From an uncultured Ignavibacteria bacterium (GTDB taxonomy: Bacteria > Zixibacteria > MSB-5A5 > WJJR01): a stretch of 64,000 nucleotides of DNA. The position numbers were made by a program, and so were the translations under genes. Location: the NCBI GenBank assembly GCA_964440935.1, contig CAYTTY010000001.1:80933-144932 (forward strand), in the 5' to 3' direction. A model generated the notes under the pieces. The model was not told the origin of the DNA. It saw nothing but the letters and a program-made list of their open reading frames with translations, and did no database searches. Of the stretch, positions 27,572 to 36,679 are shown in pieces (the first letter of the stretch is position 1; each line of letters opens with the position of its first letter).

Positions 27572-28893
27572 GTACGACGTCACTCATCTCCTACAGTGAA
27601 GCCGTTCGACGCCTCTATTCGCTCGAACGCTGGGGCATCAAACTGGGTCTGGATAACATCAAGGCCCTCTGTGAACGTCTCGATCACCCGGAACTGAAAG
27701 TCCCCGCCGTCCATGTTGCCGGCACCAACGGTAAGGGCTCGGTGACCGCTCTTGTGGAAGCGATGGTTCTGGGGGCGGGATTCCGCGTGGGACGCTACAC
27801 CTCCCCGCATCTGCGTGACTTACGAGAACGAATCCAGCTCAATGGCAGGCCGATTTCCCGCCAACGTGTCCAGCGCTTTATGGCCGATCACTGGACCACA
27901 ATTCGCCGGGAGCGATACTCGTATTTCGAATCGGTGTCGGCGATGGCATTCGATACGTTTGCATCGGCGAAATGTGATCTGGCCGTCATCGAAGTTGGGC
28001 TTGGTGGACGGTTCGACGCGACCAATGTGATTCAGCCGGAGATTTGTGTCATCACCAACATTGATTTCGATCACGAACGCACATTGGGTCGAACACTCAA
28101 TAAGATTGCATTTGAAAAGGCCGGAATCATCAAACGGGGAACGCCGGTCCTGCTTGGGGATCTGCCGGAGGTTGCCGCCCGTCGCATCGTCCAAGTTGCT
28201 GATCGCGTCGGTGCGCCGGTATTTACCTGTAACGATGTTTACGCCGCGTATCATCGCACGAATGGCGAAGCAATGACGCGCTACACGTGGCGGCTGCCGC
28301 TTCTTGGAGAACATCAGCGGCACAACTTCCGCGTCGCACTGGCGGCACTATTGTTGTTGAATGCATCAGGACTGCAGATACCGATTCAGCGTGCCCGGGA
28401 AGGCATCCGCCGCACGCAATGGCCGGCGCGTTTTCAAATCGTTCCGGGCCAACCGAAGACCGTCTACGACGTTGCCCATAATCCCTCGGGAATGCATGAA
28501 TTCGCACGCACGTGGCGTGATTACATCGGCCATCCCGGCGTCATGGTGTTCACCACCCGCGACGATAAAAAATACCGGACCATGTGGACCGATCTGTCGA
28601 CTGTGACATCGCATTGGATTGGCTGTCCGCTGCCGCACAGTCCGGGAATCAGTCGGTCTGTCATGGAGCGGCTGGCCCGCCGGACCGGCACGCCGTTCAC
28701 GTGGGCGGAGACGCCGCGCGAGGCGATGATGGCAGCACGACGAATCGCCGGCGCGGAGGATGTTGTCGGTGTGGTGGGATCTCACTACCTGATTGGCGAG
28801 ATCATTCCCGCGGGGCTGTTGACCGGTCGCTACCGCCCACCCGTAACCCAAGAACTGACATGGCAAAACATCATTCTGTCAACATCCCTGTGA
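27568..28893 (+). CDS. folC: bifunctional folylpolyglutamate synthase / dihydrofolate synthase
   Basis: Mur-ligase P-loop HVAGTNGKGS; ~440 aa; accD-folC adjacency as in E. coli. Confidence 0.85.
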   Translation: MSTTSLISYSEAVRRLYSLERWGIKLGLDNIKALCERLDHPELKVPAVHVAGTNGKGSVTALVEAMVLGAGFRVGRYTSPHLRDLRERIQLNGRPISRQRVQRFMADHWTTIRRERYSYFESVSAMAFDTFASAKCDLAVIEVGLGGRFDATNVIQPEICVITNIDFDHERTLGRTLNKIAFEKAGIIKRGTPVLLGDLPEVAARRIVQVADRVGAPVFTCNDVYAAYHRTNGEAMTRYTWRLPLLGEHQRHNFRVALAALLLLNASGLQIPIQRAREGIRRTQWPARFQIVPGQPKTVYDVAHNPSGMHEFARTWRDYIGHPGVMVFTTRDDKKYRTMWTDLSTVTSHWIGCPLPHSPGISRSVMERLARRTGTPFTWAETPREAMMAARRIAGAEDVVGVVGSHYLIGEIIPAGLLTGRYRPPVTQELTWQNIILSTSL

Positions 28894-29048
28894 GGAACGG
28901 CGTAAAGTCACAAGGTCTGTATCGTGCCTGGTCTGAGGGGAACAGCTATTTGTTGACAACGGTGAATGGCCGGCGAACACGCTTATGTTGAATGTCATTG
29001 TGTGAATACTAAATATAGCCTGACGCTCCGGGCGTAATGATGGAGGAA

Positions 29049-29378
29049 TCAATGGCGACACCAGTCGAAGTCACTGATGCAACATTCGAAAACGAAGTCC
29101 TGAAATCCGACGTCCCGGTACTGGTGGATTTCTGGGCCGAGTGGTGCGGGCCGTGTAAACGGATCGCCCCAATGGTGGAAGAGCTGGCGGGCGAGTACAA
29201 CGGCCGTCTCAAAGTCGTGAAGCTCGACGTTGACAGCAACAATGCGACGGCGATGCAATTTCGCATCATGAGCATTCCCAGTTTGCTGTTCTTTAAGGAC
29301 GGGGAGAAGGTCGATCAGGTGATCGGATTGTATCCCAAAGAGCATTTCGTCGAGAAAATCGAGAAACTGGTCAACTAA
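29049..29378 (+). CDS. trxA: thioredoxin
   Basis: WCGPC active site; 109 aa counted from ATG 29049, which has a GGAGGA Shine-Dalgarno. The track ORF starts 12 nt earlier. Confidence 0.9.
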   Translation, partial: SMATPVEVTDATFENEVLKSDVPVLVDFWAEWCGPCKRIAPMVEELAGEYNGRLKVVKLDVDSNNATAMQFRIMSIPSLLFFKDGEKVDQVIGLYPKEHFVEKIEKLVN

Positions 29379-29399
29379 TCAGATTCTGTTTCTGTAACA

Positions 29400-29430
29400 T
29401 CGCGGGGGCAGTGCTCCACTGCCCCCGCTG
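29400..29430 (+). terminator. GC-rich hairpin downstream of trxA (possible terminator, no U-tract)
   Basis: GCGGGGGCAGTG-CTC-CACTGCCCCCGC, a perfect 12-bp stem. Confidence 0.4.
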
Positions 29431-29440
29431 ATCAAAGGCA

Positions 29441-29878
29441 ATGGCCGGTAGCCGAACCGTTGAAGTGGATATCGTATGGGATGGCGGGATGTCGTTCGTG
29501 GCGCGAACGGATTCCCATCATTTCGTAACGCTTGATGCATCCAAAGACGATGGCGGGGCCAACACCGGTCCCCGGCCAATGGAAATGGTCGCCTGCGCAT
29601 TGGGCGGCTGTACGGCCATGGATGTCATTGCTATACTGCAGAAGAAACAGAAGACCGTTGAGTCACTGAACGTTCAGGTGACCGGCAACCGCCGCAGCGA
29701 ATCACCGGCGGTCTTCGAAGAGATCCAACTCGATTACCGAATCAGCGGTTCCAACCTGACGGAGGAGGATGTCCGTCAGGCGATCGAGCTCTCGCTGGAT
29801 AAGTACTGCTCAGTTGTTGACATGCTGCGACCACGTGTCCGCATCACCCCGAAATGGACGTTGGAGCGCACGTCGTAA
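29441..29878 (+). CDS. OsmC/Ohr-family peroxiredoxin-like protein
   Basis: Conserved two-cysteine OsmC pattern (...ALGGCTAMD...YCSV...); 145 aa. Confidence 0.85.
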   Translation: MAGSRTVEVDIVWDGGMSFVARTDSHHFVTLDASKDDGGANTGPRPMEMVACALGGCTAMDVIAILQKKQKTVESLNVQVTGNRRSESPAVFEEIQLDYRISGSNLTEEDVRQAIELSLDKYCSVVDMLRPRVRITPKWTLERTS

Positions 29879-30018
29879 GCACGGCAACTTTTGCGAACGC
29901 CCGCATGGTTTTGCCGTATAAGAAGTTACAGGGGTGTTGTGTGTACGCCCAAAGTGGACATAAGTCTCCTCGCAGTCGATATAATCCAATACTGGTGCTT
30001 ACCGGAGACATCTAGCGG

Positions 30019-30864
30019 ATGCGATACACAGTGGGACAGAGCGGGTGGGGCGGCGGCCATAGTGGTGGCGGTTTGCCACCGGCGATCAAACTCCTACTGA
30101 TTGCCAATGGCGGGTTGTTCCTGCTCCAGATGGCCTTTTATGCGCCGCTGGTCTATTATCTGGGTCTTACGCCGACGATGTTCTGGAAGGGTGCGATCTG
30201 GCAGATCGGTACCTACATGTTCCTCCACGGCGGGTTCTTTCACATCGTGTTCAATATGTTCGCCCTGTGGATGTTCGGGCGTGATCTGGAATTCGCTTGG
30301 GGATCGCGTCAGTTTCTCAAGTACTATATGGTCTGCGGAGTTGGCGCCGGGATTGTGACAGCCATCCTGCTGCCGAACCAAGCGATCCCGACCATCGGTG
30401 CTTCAGGCGCCGTCTTTGGGATTCTGTTGGCTTTCGGCATGATGTGGCCTAATCGCACCATCTACCTGTGGTTTTTCCTGCCGATCCCCGCCAAGTACAT
30501 GGTTATCTTATTTGGTGTCATTGAGTTATTTGCCGCCTCGCAGGGCAGTGGCGGGGGCATTGCCCATTGGACTCATCTCGGTGGGTTGGCCATCGGTTTT
30601 ATCTACCTCCGCTTTGGCGGTCGAAAACTGAAATTTCGGATTCCCAACCCATTTGGGTTCATTGGCCGCTGGCGGGGTAGACGGAAGGCCAAGAAACTGC
30701 GCAAGAAGTGGGACGATCAGCGCGATCTGATGGAGTCGGTCGACCGCGTGCTCGATAGAATTAATGAAGTAGGTTACGAAAATCTGACCGATGAAGAGAA
30801 AGAGGTCCTTGAGAAGGCAGCGAAGAAACTGTCTGTCGGCAAGGATCACAAGAGCGTCGGTTAG
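30019..30864 (+). CDS. rhomboid-family intramembrane serine protease
   Basis: Six transmembrane segments, the GASGAVFG catalytic-serine motif and a downstream His in TM6. The C-terminal tail is lysine-rich and charged. Confidence 0.85.
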   Translation: MRYTVGQSGWGGGHSGGGLPPAIKLLLIANGGLFLLQMAFYAPLVYYLGLTPTMFWKGAIWQIGTYMFLHGGFFHIVFNMFALWMFGRDLEFAWGSRQFLKYYMVCGVGAGIVTAILLPNQAIPTIGASGAVFGILLAFGMMWPNRTIYLWFFLPIPAKYMVILFGVIELFAASQGSGGGIAHWTHLGGLAIGFIYLRFGGRKLKFRIPNPFGFIGRWRGRRKAKKLRKKWDDQRDLMESVDRVLDRINEVGYENLTDEEKEVLEKAAKKLSVGKDHKSVG

Positions 30865-30945
30865 AACCCTGCTTGGTCGAGCGCTATCTGGGATTCGGAC
30901 GGCACGGTGGCAGCCGTCTGTGGTCCCGCTAAAGAGGTTGACACC

Positions 30946-31833
30946 ATGATATCACTCGCGATTGCCGTCAAAGATCCGGCCGCCACACGCCGGTACCGCC
31001 AGTTGCTCACTGAATCGGGCTGCGAAGCTCTCTACATCACCACGATTATCGAGCTGGTTCGGACTGTCAAATCCCGTCCTATCGACGTTGTTATCTTCGA
31101 TCTTGGCTTGTCGTCGCTGCCAGCTTCAGAGTGGCTGACGATTGTTGAGAAGGATAACGACTTAGCGCTAACACCGGTGCTTTGGATCGGCAGCAATATT
31201 CCTCGCTCACTAACTCCGGCGATTGAGGAGCATCGGCCCGGCCTGTGGCTCAAGACGATACCCAAGGCCGACGAGCTGATGGCGGCTGTCTTTCAACTCA
31301 TTGGGCGGAGGGTTGATACCGGCGCCGTCCCGCCCGTGGAGCATCGCGTCGACGAACGCGAGTGGACGCCCCAGGATGACTTGATCGATGACGCCCTGCA
31401 AATCTTCGAAGAAGAAGTCGGCAGGCCTGCCAATGCCTCGCCGGGAACTGACTTTAAAGTCCAGGATACCCACACCGGGTCGCACCGGCAACGATCTCAG
31501 CCGCCCGGTGAGGCCGCTCCGGAACGTCTCGCGCCACAGCACGGCGACAACCATCCTGAGGTTGATGACGAGATCGAAGTGGCCGTTTCGGAAGTGACGA
31601 CGATGCCCGGGGCCACCGGACCCAAGCGCAAGATCTTCGGAGCCAACAACCGGCCTCCCGCTGTGGCTCAAATTGATTTGGATGCTGGAGACGATCCAGG
31701 CGCCGACGTGGACATGGTCGACGAGATTGTCGAACGCGTCATCGAGCGGCTGGCCTCCAAACTGGCCAAACAGATCGATGCGTCGATGATCCGTCGTGAA
31801 ATCGCCGTGGTCATGCGCGAAAAAGGCAGTTAA
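30946..31833 (+). CDS. hypothetical protein with N-terminal CheY-like (receiver-like) fold and acidic low-complexity linker
   Basis: ISLAIAVKD...VVIFDLGLSSLP...LWIGSN pattern resembles REC beta1/beta3/beta4. The remainder is acidic and disordered with a short C-terminal helix. Track ORF is 30907..; I prefer ATG 30946. Confidence 0.45.
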   Translation: MISLAIAVKDPAATRRYRQLLTESGCEALYITTIIELVRTVKSRPIDVVIFDLGLSSLPASEWLTIVEKDNDLALTPVLWIGSNIPRSLTPAIEEHRPGLWLKTIPKADELMAAVFQLIGRRVDTGAVPPVEHRVDEREWTPQDDLIDDALQIFEEEVGRPANASPGTDFKVQDTHTGSHRQRSQPPGEAAPERLAPQHGDNHPEVDDEIEVAVSEVTTMPGATGPKRKIFGANNRPPAVAQIDLDAGDDPGADVDMVDEIVERVIERLASKLAKQIDASMIRREIAVVMREKGS

Positions 31834-31962
31834 ATCGTTTCATGTCAGATTGTTAGTCGGCCATCGCAAGTCTCCTGCCGGAACGCCAAATCGCCGATTG
31901 ACAACAGCATAGGGAACATCTCACCTTCCGCGCTGTATTTGACCACAATGAAGGTGAGGCCT

Positions 31963-33885
31963 ATGAAACACATCATCTGCAGACCCGCATCCTCTCTCTT
32001 GGCCATTTTCATATTCATCGCTGCTCTGGCAGCCACGGTCGCCCCGGCCAGCGCACAGTTCGATGCCATGGGCGGCAGTGGGACGCAGGATATCCTCTCC
32101 CTACGGACGGTCGTCTCTCACGAGACCGTCGCTCCCGGCGATACCATCTGGCTGGCCGTTCAGCTACAATTAGAGCCTGAATGGCATGTCAATTCTGCCC
32201 AACCGTTGCAGGACTATCTCATCCCAACCCAGCTCAATGTCGTCGATGGCGCGGGCTATACAGTCGGAGCGATCGGATATCCGTCCGGTCACACGATTCC
32301 ACTGTTGGGCGAAGACATGTCGGTCTACGAAGACGGTGCTGTTGTCGCCGTCCCCGTGGTCATCGCCGGAAACCAATCTCACGGCACTTTGGAGATCAAT
32401 GGCACCCTCGAATATCAGGGTTGCAATAACGAAATGTGTATCGCGCCGGCAGAGGACGAGTTGACGTGGACTGTCACTGTTGGCGATGAAACCACAGGAC
32501 CGCAGCACTCCAACTTGTTTGGATCAGCATCGGCTCCGGGTACGGAGAGCCAAGCCGCGAAGTGGAATCTCGAAGTTGGCGATGAGGGAACGGCACCGAA
32601 AAGCGAGCTGGAACGGCTGATCAATGAGTATGGCACATGGGGCTATCTGCTCGCGATGCTGCTTGCCTTCGGCACTGGGTTCCTACTCTCATTTTCACCG
32701 TGCACCTACCCGATGATCCCGATCACGGTATCGATTTTCGCGGGACAGGCCCGTGGGATGGGGCGCGGCTTCTTCCTCTCGCTCATTTATGTCCTCACCA
32801 TGGCCATTATCTACGGCATCATGGGAGCAATCATCGCGACTGTTGGCGGAGTTTTCGGAGCTTGGCTGGCGCATCCGGTTGTTGTTGGTGTGATCGTCGC
32901 AATCTTCGTGATCTTCGCGTTGTCCATGTTTGGCCTCTTCGAACTTCAGGTACCCGATGCGATTCGCAATCGCATGGCTGCAAAAGGGGAAGGGGGCGGT
33001 ATCGGCGGCGTGATCGTGCTCGGTGCGGTGGCGGCGCTGGTCGTCTCACCCTGTGTTGGACCATTTGTTGCCGGTATCATGCTTTACATCGCGACAACGG
33101 GATCGACCATTCTCGGATTTCTCACGCTGTTCACATTCGCACTCGGTTTGGGCACACTGTTTATCGTCATCGGGACATTCGCATCGGCGATCCAGGCGTT
33201 GCCGAACGCCGGGATGTGGATGGAATCGGTAAAGAAGTTCTTCGGTTTTGTCCTCCTGTTAATGGCGCTGTACTTCCTGCGCACGTTGATTTCGACTGAA
33301 CTGCTGGCATTGCTGACCGGACTCTTATTCCTCGGTGCGGGTGTCTTTGGAGGTGGATTCGACCGACTGACGCATGAGGCGACGTTCTTCCCGCGCCTCA
33401 AGAAGGCCTTCGGTATTCTCACAACCCTTCTGGGTATCTATCTGATCGGCGGCTATCTGGTGGCCAATGGATTTATCTGGCCACCGGTGGAATTCAAAGG
33501 CGGAGCATCATCGGCGACATCGCACGAGACCGAGAAGATCGACTGGGTCACGGACCTCGACCGCGGTCTCAAGCAAGCGCAACAGATGGGTCGTCCCGTA
33601 TTGATCGATACCTGGGCCACCTGGTGTGCCAACTGCTACAAATTGGATCGCAATACCTGGGCTGATGATCGCGTGGCCAACGATGCCGAACGGTTCGTTC
33701 CCCTCAAACTGCAACTTGAGACCGGCGACGCTCCGGAAACCAAGCGCTTCCTGGAGTTATTCAAGTTGAAGCAGTATTCGCTGCCGACGATCATCCTGAT
33801 CGATTCGGGTGGGCGTGTAGCGGATGTCATCCAGGGATATCTGGGGCCTGAGGACATGCTCACGCGAATGCAGGCAGTCTCCTGA
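31963..33885 (+). CDS. dsbD: thiol:disulfide interchange protein DsbD (N-terminal DsbD-alpha-like domain, CcdA-type TM core, C-terminal thioredoxin-like domain)
   Basis: Signal peptide. TM-core cysteines lie in FSPCTYP and SPCVGP. C-terminal WATWCANCY is a CxxC thioredoxin-fold motif. Start chosen at ATG 31963 (track 31939). Confidence 0.8.
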   Translation: MKHIICRPASSLLAIFIFIAALAATVAPASAQFDAMGGSGTQDILSLRTVVSHETVAPGDTIWLAVQLQLEPEWHVNSAQPLQDYLIPTQLNVVDGAGYTVGAIGYPSGHTIPLLGEDMSVYEDGAVVAVPVVIAGNQSHGTLEINGTLEYQGCNNEMCIAPAEDELTWTVTVGDETTGPQHSNLFGSASAPGTESQAAKWNLEVGDEGTAPKSELERLINEYGTWGYLLAMLLAFGTGFLLSFSPCTYPMIPITVSIFAGQARGMGRGFFLSLIYVLTMAIIYGIMGAIIATVGGVFGAWLAHPVVVGVIVAIFVIFALSMFGLFELQVPDAIRNRMAAKGEGGGIGGVIVLGAVAALVVSPCVGPFVAGIMLYIATTGSTILGFLTLFTFALGLGTLFIVIGTFASAIQALPNAGMWMESVKKFFGFVLLLMALYFLRTLISTELLALLTGLLFLGAGVFGGGFDRLTHEATFFPRLKKAFGILTTLLGIYLIGGYLVANGFIWPPVEFKGGASSATSHETEKIDWVTDLDRGLKQAQQMGRPVLIDTWATWCANCYKLDRNTWADDRVANDAERFVPLKLQLETGDAPETKRFLELFKLKQYSLPTIILIDSGGRVADVIQGYLGPEDMLTRMQAVS

Positions 33886-33948
33886 CCGACCTTTCGATTG
33901 CTTCCCTTCGCCTCGTGTGATTTCTTCGCGTCGGCTGGAGAGGAGGAC

Positions 33949-36672
33949 GGCATGGCCACACAGCGGCCCCGGCTGTATCTCATTGATGGAACGGCAGTCG
34001 CGTACCGGGCGCATTTCGCCTTTATCCAAAATCCCCTGCGCAATTCGCGCGGTGAGAATGTCTCGGCCGTCTTCGGTGTGGCCAACTCGTTGTTGAAGTT
34101 GCGCCGTGAGGAGACACCCGATTACTGGGCGTTCGTGTTCGACCGTCCCGAACCGACATTTCGCCACGAAGTCTACGAAGAGTACAAAGCCACCCGGGAA
34201 AAAGCGCCTGATGAGATGATTGAGCAATTGCCGCAGTTGAAGAACCTCGCGGCGGCTCTGGGTTGTCCTCTGGTTGAATTGGCCGGATATGAAGCCGATG
34301 ATCTGATTGCCACGCTTGCACGGAAGGCGGTCGACGCGGGTTGTGATGTGGTTGTCGTGTCGGGTGACAAAGATCTGATGCAACTGGTGAACAAGCACGT
34401 TTCGATCTACAACCCGCGCAAAGCGGGGGCTGAAATCGAACGGTTGGATGAGAAGGGCGTCGAGGAGAAGTTTGGTGTTCCGCCCAATCAGGTTCGCGAT
34501 GTGCTGGCCCTCATGGGTGACACCTCAGACAACATCCCCGGCGTTCCCGGGATCGGTCAGAAGACGGCGATCAAGCTGATTAAGGAATTCGGCGACCTCG
34601 AATCAGTGTTAAAAGCTGCTCCCAGTGTCTCAGCAAAAGGTCTGCGCACCAAACTCACCGAAAACGCCGATAAGGCACGCCTGTCGTACGATCTGGTACG
34701 GCTCGACGACAATTGTCCGGTGGAGTGGGTTCCTGACCAGTACCAAGCCCAGACATTCGATACCGAAAGCGCCGTAGCCCTATTCGAGGAATTCGAGTTT
34801 CGATCACTCATCAAATGGGTCGCGCCCGATATGGCGGAAACCACAGGTGGTTCCTCCGGAGCCGTTGACAAAGAAGGATCATACCACTGTGTAACATCAC
34901 TGAAAGAACTCAAATCTCTCGTCACCAAAATGCACAAGGCCGACTGGCTCGCATTCGACACGGAAACCACCTCGCTGGAGACCTTGGATGCCGAACTGGT
35001 TGGCATTTCGCTCTCCTTCGAGTGGGGCACAGCTTACTATATTCCGGTCGGTCACGATGAGACGAAGGAGAATCTCCCACTCGACAAAGTCCTCGATACC
35101 TTGCGTCCCGTGTTTGCGGGGGGGAAGCCGCGACTGATTGCACAGAATGCCAAGTACGATCTCCGTGTATTCAGTCGCTGTGGTTTTGATATCGACGTCG
35201 TCGGTTTTGATCCCATGATCGCGGCGTTCTGCTTGAATCCGTCACTGCGATCGTACTCCCTCAACACATTGGCCCAAACCCATTGCGATCACGCGATGCA
35301 GCCGATCGATGAGTTGATTGGCACGGGCAAAAACCAGAAGAGCTTCGCCACCGTCCCGGTGGACAAGGCCACCTACTACGCCGCCGAGGACGCCGACTAT
35401 ACTTATCGTCTCCTCGATGTTCTCAATCCGAAGCTCGACGAGGAGGACCTGCGCAAGCTTTTCGATCAAATCGAAATGCCGTTGGTGCCGGTGCTGGCAC
35501 GGATGGAAACCAATGGGGTACGGGTCGATACGGACTACCTGGAACAACTCTCGTTAGAGATGGACAACCAGATAGTCCAGGTCACCGAGACGATTTATGC
35601 AGTGGCGGGGGAGGAGTTCAATCTGAACTCACCGGTGCAACTGGGTCATATTCTCTTCGATGTTCTGAAACTGAAGCCGCAACGCAAAACTGCCAAAACC
35701 GCGCAGCATGCCACCGATGTCAGCGTGCTCGAAAAACTCGCCTCTCAACATGAACTCCCACAGTTGATGCTCGACTACCGGCGGGTGGCGAAGCTGAAAT
35801 CGACCTATGTCGATGCGCTACTCCGGTTGGCGCGTCCGAAGACCAACCGTGTTCATACGTCATTTAATCAGGTCGTTGCGGCCACCGGACGGTTGTCGTC
35901 GACCGATCCGAACTTGCAGAACATTCCGATTCGTACCGAAGAGGGGCAGAAGATTCGTCGTGCCTTCATTCCACGCGATACCAACCATACGCTCCTGGCT
36001 GCCGACTACTCCCAGATCGAATTGCGGTTGATGGCCCACTTCTCACAGGACAAATCGCTGTTGGCGGCGTTTCGCGATGCCGCCGATGTGCACGCCCGAA
36101 CCGCGGCGGAGATATTCGATATTGATGAAGAGGACGTCACCCCCGATCAGCGTCGATTGGCCAAGACGGCCAATTTCGGCATCATTTACGGGGTCTCGGC
36201 CTATGGTCTGTCCCAACAGTCAGATATGACGGTTGGCGAGGCGAAGACCTTCATTGACACCTATTTCGACCGCTACCCGGGAGTCCGGAAGTTTATTGAT
36301 CAGACGATCAAAGACGCGAAGAAGACGGGGGAAGTGCGGACGCTCTATGGCCGCCGCCGCTTCCTGCCCGATCTGAAATCATCGAATCGGCAGCGCCGGG
36401 AGTTTGCTGAACGGATCGCGGTCAACACGCCGATGCAGGGGACCGCCGCCGACATCATCAAGCTGGCCATGATCGAGATCGATAAGTTGTTGCGCGGCAA
36501 GAAGTCCGCGATGGTGCTCCAGGTCCACGACGAACTGATTTTCGATGCGCATAACTCAGAGATCGAATGGCTGTCCGACATGGTAAAAGAAACCATGGAG
36601 AGTGCCGTCGATCTCGACGTGCCCTTGGTGGTCGACATCGGCGTAGGCGCTAACTGGCTCGATGCCAAATAA
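33949..36672 (+). CDS. polA: DNA polymerase I (5'-3' exonuclease, 3'-5' exonuclease and polymerase domains)
   Basis: Start at ATG 33949 with a GAGGAGGA Shine-Dalgarno. N-terminus LYLIDGTAVAYRAHFAF is the FEN-like 5' nuclease. Polymerase motifs A (DYSQIELR), B (RRxAKxxNFGxxYG) and C (VHDE) are present. 907 aa. Confidence 0.9.
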   Translation, partial: GMATQRPRLYLIDGTAVAYRAHFAFIQNPLRNSRGENVSAVFGVANSLLKLRREETPDYWAFVFDRPEPTFRHEVYEEYKATREKAPDEMIEQLPQLKNLAAALGCPLVELAGYEADDLIATLARKAVDAGCDVVVVSGDKDLMQLVNKHVSIYNPRKAGAEIERLDEKGVEEKFGVPPNQVRDVLALMGDTSDNIPGVPGIGQKTAIKLIKEFGDLESVLKAAPSVSAKGLRTKLTENADKARLSYDLVRLDDNCPVEWVPDQYQAQTFDTESAVALFEEFEFRSLIKWVAPDMAETTGGSSGAVDKEGSYHCVTSLKELKSLVTKMHKADWLAFDTETTSLETLDAELVGISLSFEWGTAYYIPVGHDETKENLPLDKVLDTLRPVFAGGKPRLIAQNAKYDLRVFSRCGFDIDVVGFDPMIAAFCLNPSLRSYSLNTLAQTHCDHAMQPIDELIGTGKNQKSFATVPVDKATYYAAEDADYTYRLLDVLNPKLDEEDLRKLFDQIEMPLVPVLARMETNGVRVDTDYLEQLSLEMDNQIVQVTETIYAVAGEEFNLNSPVQLGHILFDVLKLKPQRKTAKTAQHATDVSVLEKLASQHELPQLMLDYRRVAKLKSTYVDALLRLARPKTNRVHTSFNQVVAATGRLSSTDPNLQNIPIRTEEGQKIRRAFIPRDTNHTLLAADYSQIELRLMAHFSQDKSLLAAFRDAADVHARTAAEIFDIDEEDVTPDQRRLAKTANFGIIYGVSAYGLSQQSDMTVGEAKTFIDTYFDRYPGVRKFIDQTIKDAKKTGEVRTLYGRRRFLPDLKSSNRQRREFAERIAVNTPMQGTAADIIKLAMIEIDKLLRGKKSAMVLQVHDELIFDAHNSEIEWLSDMVKETMESAVDLDVPLVVDIGVGANWLDAK

Positions 36673-36679
36673 GTAAACT

